This document shows, one piece after another, positions 32,256-38,667 of a DNA stretch of 38,667 nucleotides. Each line of letters starts with the position of its first letter. The first letter of the stretch is position 1. Position numbers and translations under genes: made by a program. The notes under the pieces are model-generated. The model had not been told where the DNA came from, did no database searches, and worked only from the letters and a program-made list of their open reading frames with translations. Origin of the DNA: a virus (taxonomy: Duplodnaviria; Caudoviricetes); IMG/VR virus record IMGVR_UViG_3300043473_000126, positions 1 to 38,667 of that record. One strand, given 5' to 3'.

Positions 32256-32402
32256 ATGGAAGACCAGGAACTGGACCGCACCATCAGCGGACCGTGGCGC
32301 CGAAGGATGAAGGAAAGCACGATCATTGCGATCCTTCTCGGCAGCGCGATCGGTCTCACCCTCGCCGTTACGCTCGGCTATTTTCTCGGGAGCCACATGT
32401 GA
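32256..32402 (+). CDS. 48-aa single-pass membrane peptide
   Basis: AAGGA RBS; TIIAILLGSAIGLTLAVTLGYFLG; stop overlaps next start (GTGA). Confidence 0.65.
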   Translation: MEDQELDRTISGPWRRRMKESTIIAILLGSAIGLTLAVTLGYFLGSHM

Positions 32403-32599
32403 GAAACCCTTTCAGAAAACCGACCCCCCTCGAGCAGGCATCCTCGGACTTGGTCGCAGCACAGCACGGACTGTTGACCGCGCAGCTCAGCTATGAACGG
32501 GCATGCGCCGAGGTGAACATGCGCAGGCAGAGCTGCATCCGGCTTCGCAGGGACATCGCGGAACTGAGCAGCGACCAAGCGACTTCGGTGGAGGACTAG
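32399..32599 (+). CDS. helical hypothetical protein
   Basis: GTG start after GGGAG; FRKPTPLEQASSDLVAAQHGLLTAQ... Confidence 0.65.
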   Translation: MRNPFRKPTPLEQASSDLVAAQHGLLTAQLSYERACAEVNMRRQSCIRLRRDIAELSSDQATSVED

Positions 32600-32600
32600 C

Positions 32601-32771
32601 ATGTTCATCATCGGCGCAATCATAGCGGCTTGTGTTTGGGGATGGCCTGCGTTTATCGCAGTCCTGCTCATCGGCGCAATCTGTCACATCTTGGGCTTCA
32701 TGATGGTACTCGGCGACATCGAGTATGCGGAACGTAAGCGCAAGGAACAAGAAGCGAAGTGGGGCCAGTGA
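32601..32771 (+). CDS. 56-aa membrane protein
   Basis: GGAGG RBS; MFIIGAIIAACVWGWPAFIAVLLIGAICHILGFMMVLG then charged tail. Confidence 0.65.
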   Translation: MFIIGAIIAACVWGWPAFIAVLLIGAICHILGFMMVLGDIEYAERKRKEQEAKWGQ

Positions 32772-32962
32772 TGGCCTCTAACTGGAAGGACTATCCAGAA
32801 GACCACTACAAGATGCTCGCAGAGTGCCGCGCCTACATCAATGCTGCGCCCACGCCCGAAGAGCGTAGCAAGCGCAAGCAGCAGATGTACGTTCACATCT
32901 ACTCGAGCAGCCAGCCCCTCAGCACTTGGTTGAAAGACCAAAAGAAGGATCAAGTCAAATGA
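32771..32962 (+). CDS. hypothetical protein
   Basis: TGATG coupling; MASNWKDYPEDHYKML... Confidence 0.65.
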   Translation: MASNWKDYPEDHYKMLAECRAYINAAPTPEERSKRKQQMYVHIYSSSQPLSTWLKDQKKDQVK

Positions 32963-33219
32963 GCAGATACAACACCTACGCCCGTCCGTTCCTGATTACC
33001 TATCCTGGTTGTTGGGACGGTCACGCCAAGACCCGCGAGGGGGCCATCAACGCGGCTTCCCGCCATTGCGTGAGCGACGGGTACCTGAAGGCCACGATCA
33101 CGGACAAAAGAACAAATCAGGACGTGGCCCGAGTGCATGTGTCCAGGGACCGTACGACGGTAACCGTGGAAGCAGTCCGCCCCCTCAAGACGTACGCGGC
33201 TCTTCGGAGGGTGGCATGA
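32959..33219 (+). CDS. hypothetical protein
   Basis: Start overlaps the previous stop; AAGGA RBS. Confidence 0.65.
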   Translation: MSRYNTYARPFLITYPGCWDGHAKTREGAINAASRHCVSDGYLKATITDKRTNQDVARVHVSRDRTTVTVEAVRPLKTYAALRRVA

Positions 33220-33473
33220 GCGACAACCTGTCCAAGCCGTGCACGGGGTGCATCCACTTCCGGCCGTACAAACGGATTCTTTGGATCATTCCAGTACAGC
33301 GTAATCACCCCCTCTGCGCTAAGGTCCGAGACCCTGGTACGGGGGAGATGGCATTTACCGAGATCGAACGGTCCGAGGCCTACCGAGGCAACTACCCCAG
33401 TTCGAAGAACCACTGCGGTCCCCAAGGCAAGTTCTATCAGTTCTCATGGCCAGATGGAGTGCCCGAACTATGA
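33216..33473 (+). CDS. Cys-rich hypothetical phage protein
   Basis: KPCTGCIHF...LC...DPGTG...ER...CGPQGKFY; GGAGG RBS. Confidence 0.7.
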   Translation: MSDNLSKPCTGCIHFRPYKRILWIIPVQRNHPLCAKVRDPGTGEMAFTEIERSEAYRGNYPSSKNHCGPQGKFYQFSWPDGVPEL

Positions 33474-33640
33474 GCTCCAAAGACCCGAACAGGATCATCG
33501 AGCGCATCGAGAAGCTCCTGGCAATGGCGCGCAGTGCTATTGACGAAGCCGAGGCAATCGCTGATTGTCCAGATGAGCCACTGCGCATCCAGCGAGAAGC
33601 TAGAAAGCTGATGGACAAGTTCTACGAGGATCAGCTATGA
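33470..33640 (+). CDS. DUF2786-like helical protein
   Basis: IIERIEKLLAMARS...EAE...ARKLMDK. Confidence 0.55.
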   Translation: MSSKDPNRIIERIEKLLAMARSAIDEAEAIADCPDEPLRIQREARKLMDKFYEDQL

Positions 33641-34191
33641 AACCTGACTTCAAGGACTTGTACGAGTTCCTAGAGTGTGCGCCGAGACCTTGGTACATCC
33701 TGGTGGTTGGCGCGCCTGGCAGTGGTAAGAGCACGTTGTGCAAGGCGCTGCTAGGGACGTACACCAAGCTGCACCGGTTCAGCACGGACGACAAGCTCGA
33801 GCTCATTGCCCTTCGCAGATACGGCACGAAGACACTCAAGGAATCGCAGTTCGCAAAGGTCCCCTTCGGCGAGCTAATCCGGGAAATGAAGTTCAACATC
33901 TGGCAGATGGCGAACATGGGGGAGTCCATTCTGATCGACCAGACCTCCATGAGCGTCGAGTCTAGGGTTAGGAAGTTGGCGTGGTCACCCCCGCGATTCA
34001 CAAAGATCTGCATTGACTTGCATGGTCTTACGGCTGATCAATGCTTCAGGCGCGTCGAGCAACGAGTTCGAGACAAGGGCCGGTTCATTCCTAAGCATGT
34101 TATTGAAGACATGCTCAAGAAGTACGAACAGCCCAGCGTAGACGAAGGTTTCAACCTGATCTACAGACTCGATCAATCTGTAGGTGTGTAA
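33637..34191 (+). CDS. P-loop kinase (AAA_33 / polynucleotide-kinase-like)
   Basis: LVVGAPGSGKST, STDD, ILIDQT, R..R...IP..VI..M...YE.P...EGF. Confidence 0.85.
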   Translation: MKPDFKDLYEFLECAPRPWYILVVGAPGSGKSTLCKALLGTYTKLHRFSTDDKLELIALRRYGTKTLKESQFAKVPFGELIREMKFNIWQMANMGESILIDQTSMSVESRVRKLAWSPPRFTKICIDLHGLTADQCFRRVEQRVRDKGRFIPKHVIEDMLKKYEQPSVDEGFNLIYRLDQSVGV

Positions 34192-34238
34192 CAGAGGTGT
34201 AACGTAAGTTTACAACGAGTTGCATAGGGGTGTATAAT
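34188..34238 (+). promoter_or_regulatory. promoter with GTAAC boxes upstream of primase-helicase
   Basis: GTAAC 34188, GAGGTGTAAC-GTAA 34194-34207, TTTACA 34209-34214, 18 nt, TATAAT 34233-34238. Confidence 0.7.
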
Positions 34239-34243
34239 AATGC

Positions 34244-34366
34244 TATCACGACTGCAACGGTCGCGATATTCCTGTGCTGCCCTGTGGTAGGGGCTGTGGA
34301 TCAAGGGGACGGCCTAACCAACCGTCCCCTCCACTTATAAGGCCAGGGATCACCCTTAGCACAGGA
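34244..34366 (+). promoter_or_regulatory. structured 5' leader of primase-helicase
   Basis: TCCTGTGCT (34270-34278) pairs with AGCACAGGA (34358-34366, contains the SD); inner AGGGGACGG/CCGTCCCCT stem. Confidence 0.5.
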
Positions 34367-34371
34367 CAGTA

Positions 34372-36393
34372 ATGGCAATTACCAAATTGTTTGCAGCGCC
34401 ACCGCCAGCGCCGTGGGAAAAAGAATCAGTTGAGTTCATGACTGAAGACCTACATAGGTCTGGTCTAGTCGCTGAGGACATGGGCGCATACCCCATCGCC
34501 GCCAGCAAGTATAGCGCCCCCGCGTACTGCATACCATATCAAGGCAATGACGCTCTCTATCGCGTCAAGATCAATCGCGAAGAGAACAAATACATTGCCA
34601 CACCAGGTGTCACCCCCGACATCTGGGTACCACCATCTCGTGACTACATGGAGATGTACGACGGTGACCTGATCGTCGTTGAAGGCGAGAAGAAGGCGGC
34701 TGCTGTAGCCAAGTACTTCGGTGTACCTTCAGTTGTAGGAATAGGCGGCTGCTGGAACGCAGTACGCAAGTCGGAGAAGAACGAAAGCTACTCGTTGATC
34801 GAGCGGCTCCAGCTACTCATCCAGCCTGGACGTCACGTCCACGTGATACTGGACGGGGACGTAATAGACAACAAGAATGTGGGGCGCGCAGCCCTGACGT
34901 TGCAGTCTTGCATCGAGGCGCTCAACGCCAGCATGACGTTGTACACCCCGCCCTCGGAGTTCAAGGGGGTGGACGACTGGATCTACCAGGACCCGAAGGC
35001 TAGCTTCAGCGGACTGGTGGTCGTCCCCTTTGACAAGCTTGCGATCAATCGCACCCTCCTGTATACAGAGACTGGGTGCTCGCTCAACGACAAAGGCGGT
35101 TTAATCCACAATGAACTGAATGGATCCAAGCTCCTAGCACATCACTTCAGGAGTCTGGGCATTGTCAATGACAAGCGTCTCGGTTTCATCGGTCGAGATC
35201 GCAATCAGATCAATCCCGCAGTCATGCACTCCATGTGCCTGGATTACTTGCAAGGTGACATCAGTCCACGTTATCCAGCAGGTGCGATCGGCGGGGCATA
35301 CAACGACTATCAAGTTAAAGGGACTCAATACGATCTGGTTCAGGAATTCGTTAAGGCACTCAAGTGGGACGGTGTCCCCCGCCTCGAGACCTGGGGTTCT
35401 GAGTATCTTCAATCCAAACAAGCAGCTCCTGTCGTCAACGAATGGGGGCGACTGCTCTTCACGGGTCTAGTCCTGCGGATCCTAGTGCCTGGCACTAAGG
35501 TCGACACCGTCTCTATCTTGAATGGGAAGCAAGGAATTGGAAAAACCACGTTCTTCGAAGACCTTGCAACTATCGACGGCTTCAACTTCTATCGACCTAT
35601 TACTGATCTACCCGGATCGACTGGAGATGATCGTACATTCAAGCAAACCATCACGGCGTCACTTGTTGTGGACCTCGGCGAAGGTATCATCTTTGAGAGC
35701 AAGAAGACCAGTTCAGATCGGCTAAAGCAGTTCTTGACGGAGAGAGCAGATGAATACAGAGTCGCCTACGCCAAGAACAACACTATCACTCCTCGTGGGT
35801 TCATCTTTGTTGGCACGACTAACCGTGGTGATCAGCTATCTGACCTTTCTGGCTCTCGTCGCTTCTTCTATCTTAATGTTCAGCGCATAACCCGTATACC
35901 GTATGAGATACGGTTGCAGATCATGGCTGAGGTCGCAGCTCGAGAAGAGGAAATCAGGGCAAGTCATTGGTACGATCTACGTGTGACCATGGACGACATG
36001 GACCAAGGTTTGAAGGACGAGAATCCTCATATAACCGATGTCCGGGAGCTCCTAAACGTAGAACATTACCGCCCCGACTCGCTCACAGAATCCATTAAGC
36101 AGCTCATCGAGTCTGGTACGATGGCCACGCACAAAGAGACTGGCGAAATCTTGATCTCTGCGAACTACATTACTACACTAATAAACCAAGATGGCCAACG
36201 CATCACTGCTAATATGGTCAGCCGCAAGTTCACCGAATTGACAGGCTCCCCGCAGTTCCCGTATACCTTTGAATGGGTCAAGTATCGTCTTGGTCAAGTT
36301 ATCTTTCATTCAACTATGCAGGAGACATTGTATAAAGGATTCGTAGGCAATTCACAAGGTCAATTCGTCTGTTACATAGTACGGAGAAAGTAA
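34372..36393 (+). CDS. primase-helicase (TOPRIM/DUF3854-like + VirE/VapE-type P-loop helicase)
   Basis: VVEGEKKAAA, GIGGCWN, ILDGD, KGVDDW; LKWDGVPRL, GKQGIGKTT, FIFVGTTN, D.SGSRRF. Confidence 0.88.
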   Translation: MAITKLFAAPPPAPWEKESVEFMTEDLHRSGLVAEDMGAYPIAASKYSAPAYCIPYQGNDALYRVKINREENKYIATPGVTPDIWVPPSRDYMEMYDGDLIVVEGEKKAAAVAKYFGVPSVVGIGGCWNAVRKSEKNESYSLIERLQLLIQPGRHVHVILDGDVIDNKNVGRAALTLQSCIEALNASMTLYTPPSEFKGVDDWIYQDPKASFSGLVVVPFDKLAINRTLLYTETGCSLNDKGGLIHNELNGSKLLAHHFRSLGIVNDKRLGFIGRDRNQINPAVMHSMCLDYLQGDISPRYPAGAIGGAYNDYQVKGTQYDLVQEFVKALKWDGVPRLETWGSEYLQSKQAAPVVNEWGRLLFTGLVLRILVPGTKVDTVSILNGKQGIGKTTFFEDLATIDGFNFYRPITDLPGSTGDDRTFKQTITASLVVDLGEGIIFESKKTSSDRLKQFLTERADEYRVAYAKNNTITPRGFIFVGTTNRGDQLSDLSGSRRFFYLNVQRITRIPYEIRLQIMAEVAAREEEIRASHWYDLRVTMDDMDQGLKDENPHITDVRELLNVEHYRPDSLTESIKQLIESGTMATHKETGEILISANYITTLINQDGQRITANMVSRKFTELTGSPQFPYTFEWVKYRLGQVIFHSTMQETLYKGFVGNSQGQFVCYIVRRK

Positions 36394-37293
36394 ATGGCAA
36401 ACGAGATATTCAGGCCCCTGTTGGCGAGCACGCTTGAATCACCCGCACTCCTCAAGTTCCCGGTTGTAGTCAGCCCTAAGCTTGACGGCATCCGGTGCAT
36501 GATTGTTCAGGGTGTCCCCCTTTCCAGGAATGGGAAACTCATTCCTAACAACTACATTCGCAGTAAGCTCAGTGCCCAGGCCTTTCATGGTCTAGACGGG
36601 GAGCTCGTTGTTGGTGAGCCTAACGGCGAGAAGGTATTCAACCGCACCTCTTCTGGCGTCATGTCCATGGAGGGGGAGCCAGCCTTCACTTACTGGGTAT
36701 TCGATAACTTCATCTACCCAATGTCGCCATTCATGAAGCGGTACGACATGCTAAGGATCTTCAATGAGAAAGATTCTGCTGTGCCTTTTATTCGCATGCT
36801 GCCTCATCGCGTTGTTCATACTCTGAACGAGTTGGCGGACTACGAGAGCGAGATGCTGAAGAACGGCTTCGAGGGCATCATGATCCGCAATCCGCAAGGT
36901 CCTTACAAGAACGGGCGGTCAACCCCGAACGATGGGATACTACGAAAGCTCAAGAGGTTCCGAGATGGTGAAGCGACGGTTGTTGGACTGGAGGAGGGTG
37001 TTCAGAACAACAACGAAGCAAAGCAAGACGATCTGGGTTACACGACTCGTTCTACGCATGCTGCCAATATGGTGGGTGCTAATCGTGTGGGGACTATTCT
37101 CGCTACTGACCTGAAGACCGGCGAACTGCTTCGTATCAGCCCCGGCCGGATGAACCACTTCCAGAGGCAGAAGTACTGGATGATGCAGCACGAGATCATG
37201 GGCAGGATCATCAAGTACAAGACGTTCGACTACGGGGCCATCGATGCTCCCCGCTTCACCACGTTCCAAGCCTTTATGGATGGACGACCATGA
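36394..37293 (+). CDS. ATP-dependent DNA ligase
   Basis: SPKLDGIRC, LDGELV, YWVFD, FEGIMIRNP..PY..GRS, KLKRF.D.EA, APRF. Confidence 0.92.
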   Translation: MANEIFRPLLASTLESPALLKFPVVVSPKLDGIRCMIVQGVPLSRNGKLIPNNYIRSKLSAQAFHGLDGELVVGEPNGEKVFNRTSSGVMSMEGEPAFTYWVFDNFIYPMSPFMKRYDMLRIFNEKDSAVPFIRMLPHRVVHTLNELADYESEMLKNGFEGIMIRNPQGPYKNGRSTPNDGILRKLKRFRDGEATVVGLEEGVQNNNEAKQDDLGYTTRSTHAANMVGANRVGTILATDLKTGELLRISPGRMNHFQRQKYWMMQHEIMGRIIKYKTFDYGAIDAPRFTTFQAFMDGRP

Positions 37294-37496
37294 ACCTGAT
37301 GACAGACGAGGTGGTGCTTCAGCAGATGCAGGGTTACGGCGAGACCTGCTGGCGGGCCACCCCCTCGAACTGGGAGCCAGGTGACCCCGTCGGATGGGGG
37401 CCGACTCCGGTGCATGCCCGGGAGCATCTACTGGACCAAATCCAGGAGCGCATCGACTACATCATGTGGGCCAACGGCAACGGTACCATCCAGTAA
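37290..37496 (+). CDS. hypothetical protein
   Basis: ATGA coupling; WEPGDPVGWGPTP..A...LL. Confidence 0.65.
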   Translation: MNLMTDEVVLQQMQGYGETCWRATPSNWEPGDPVGWGPTPVHAREHLLDQIQERIDYIMWANGNGTIQ

Positions 37497-37553
37497 ACCG
37501 AGGAGTAACAAAACGTAATAAGATTTCCCTAGGAACGCCTTTTGCGTTATAAT
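37495..37553 (+). promoter_or_regulatory. phage promoter family, copy 3
   Basis: AAACCGAGGAGTAACAAAACGTAATAAGAT-TTCCCT-17nt-TATAAT(37548-37553); first 17 nt identical to copy 1. Confidence 0.82.
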
Positions 37554-37598
37554 AGAATTTATGCCACCAGTAGTTCAACGGAACAAGGAACAAAGTAC

Positions 37599-37847
37599 AT
37601 GAGACATATCTTGGTTGAAGAGAATGGCGGAGCCGAGGTCAAGCCCGGGATGCGTGTCCTGACGTTCAGGAACGAGATCTATGAGCTGATCGGTTTCACA
37701 GTTCCTGGAAGCGATGCTAGCACGGGTCGTGTCCAGGTGAAGAAGCCCGGTGAACAGGTGCTGCCTGGCCACGGGCGTGAGTATTACCCTTCGGTCTTCG
37801 GGCTGAAGATTGTCACATTGCACGAATCAAAGGACAAAGCGAAATGA
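37599..37847 (+). CDS. small beta-barrel-like hypothetical protein
   Basis: AAGGA RBS; EVKPGMRV.TFRNE...STGRVQV...REYYPSVFGL. Confidence 0.72.
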   Translation: MRHILVEENGGAEVKPGMRVLTFRNEIYELIGFTVPGSDASTGRVQVKKPGEQVLPGHGREYYPSVFGLKIVTLHESKDKAK

Positions 37848-38236
37848 GCCAAGAAGGTAGCAACGAACTGGGCCCCACGATCGACGCGCTCTATGCGCTT
37901 CGTGAGATGCGGTTGGGCATGCAGAAGAAGGTCGACGAGCTGAAGGCCGAAGAAGTCAGGACCCGCGAGAAGCTGTTCGAGATGCTCTCGGCGCTCGGCT
38001 TGAACAGGGCCAGCGGCATGGTGGCCACCGCCGGCATCAAGGTCAGCAACATCCCTCTGGTCGAGGACTGGGACCTGTTGCAGGCGCACATCAAGGCGAC
38101 CGGCGAGTTCGATCTGCTGCAGAAGCGGATCAGCGTCACGGCATGGCGTGCGCGGTTCGACGAGAACGTCGATGTTCCCGGCGTCTCGAAGGTCGAGGAC
38201 GTGGACATCAGCCTCACCCGCGCGTCAAGGGGGTGA
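37844..38236 (+). CDS. conserved phage replication-module protein
   Basis: N-terminal coiled coil then VEDWD.LQ.HIK.TG.FDLLQKRIS...VPGV; high GC3. Confidence 0.78.
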   Translation: MSQEGSNELGPTIDALYALREMRLGMQKKVDELKAEEVRTREKLFEMLSALGLNRASGMVATAGIKVSNIPLVEDWDLLQAHIKATGEFDLLQKRISVTAWRARFDENVDVPGVSKVEDVDISLTRASRG

Positions 38237-38237
38237 C

Positions 38238-38408
38238 ATGTCACAAGGACAAGCGTTCATCGCTTTCACGGTCACTGTCCAGGTTCTCAACCTGATGTGC
38301 CTCCTTGGTATCTGGAAGCATATCAGGCGGATCGCGGACTCGGCGGAGCGGGCACATCCTGCCCCTCCGATCGAGTACGATGACACGGACTTCGACATCA
38401 AGCGCTGA
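38238..38408 (+). CDS. small single-pass membrane protein
   Basis: AFIAFTVTVQVLNLMCLLGIW; AAGGGG RBS. Confidence 0.6.
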   Translation: MSQGQAFIAFTVTVQVLNLMCLLGIWKHIRRIADSAERAHPAPPIEYDDTDFDIKR

Positions 38409-38409
38409 C

Positions 38410-38589
38410 ATGCAAGAAGCGATGATCGAGTTGCTGGCGGAGTTCTACAGAAACACGGGACTCCGGCCCATGTGTGCAGATGATGCACTTCACCTGGAGG
38501 AGCTAACAGAGCTGCAACGGAAGTGGCTCTTGAACTACGGTCAAATGTGGGACATCATGAAAGAAATGGAAGTTCAAAATGGGAACTGA
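38410..38589 (+). CDS. hypothetical protein
   Basis: MQEAMIELLAEFY...LTELQRKWLLNY..MWD; tight spacing with neighbours. Confidence 0.6.
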   Translation: MQEAMIELLAEFYRNTGLRPMCADDALHLEELTELQRKWLLNYGQMWDIMKEMEVQNGN

Positions 38590-38667
38590 AGTTGAAAGCG
38601 CAGAGGTCATTCGACAACGGATCGCTGAACAGCTCGAGCGTCAGCAAAAGGCCGCACAGGCCCTTCG
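38579..38667 (+). CDS. 5' part of the SSB-like gene (joins nt 1-610)
   Basis: MGTEVESAEVIRQRIAEQLERQQKAAQAL + CG; nt 1 (C) completes CGC and the frame continues into SGSFITF. Confidence 0.7.
   Translation, partial: MGTEVESAEVIRQRIAEQLERQQKAAQAL

Noticed and set aside
1-38667. tRNA, integrase/repressor or phage RNA polymerase genes
   Set aside because: No cloverleaf, recombinase or single-subunit RNAP motifs recognised.

Overview
This window looks like a complete, circularly permuted ~38.7 kb genome of a lytic podovirus-type phage. The last 89 nt and the first 610 nt join in frame into one gene. A PEP-CTERM gene points to an exosortase-bearing Gram-negative host, probably a betaproteobacterium. 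The + strand arm (about 29.2 kb through the join to 9.5 kb) carries small early genes, a P-loop kinase, a TOPRIM/VirE primase-helicase, an ATP-dependent ligase, an SSB-like protein, a PEP-CTERM moron, a split family A DNA polymerase, Cas4-like and VRR-NUC nucleases, an SNF2 helicase and a nucleotide-metabolism cassette. The - strand arm (29.0 to 9.5 kb) carries TerS/TerL, portal, scaffold, major capsid, tail adaptor/nozzle, ejection proteins and tail fibre. I recognise no integrase, RNA polymerase, tRNA, CRISPR or endolysin. The best candidate for an undescribed system has four possibly linked parts. (1) The thymidylate-synthase homolog has Asp at the E. coli N177 position, which predicts dCMP methylation or hydroxymethylation, and sits with Nmad1/DUF1599, a MazG-like pyrophosphatase and a deaminase. 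(2) A ~400 bp island next to the likely genome end has no CC or CG on the + strand, including in its gene and terminator. (3) That gene is one of three paralogs of a small helical domain. (4) The other two paralogs and most operons sit behind a shared non-canonical promoter (GTAA boxes + TTCCMY-17-TATAAT). All family assignments come from motif recognition by eye; no searches were run.
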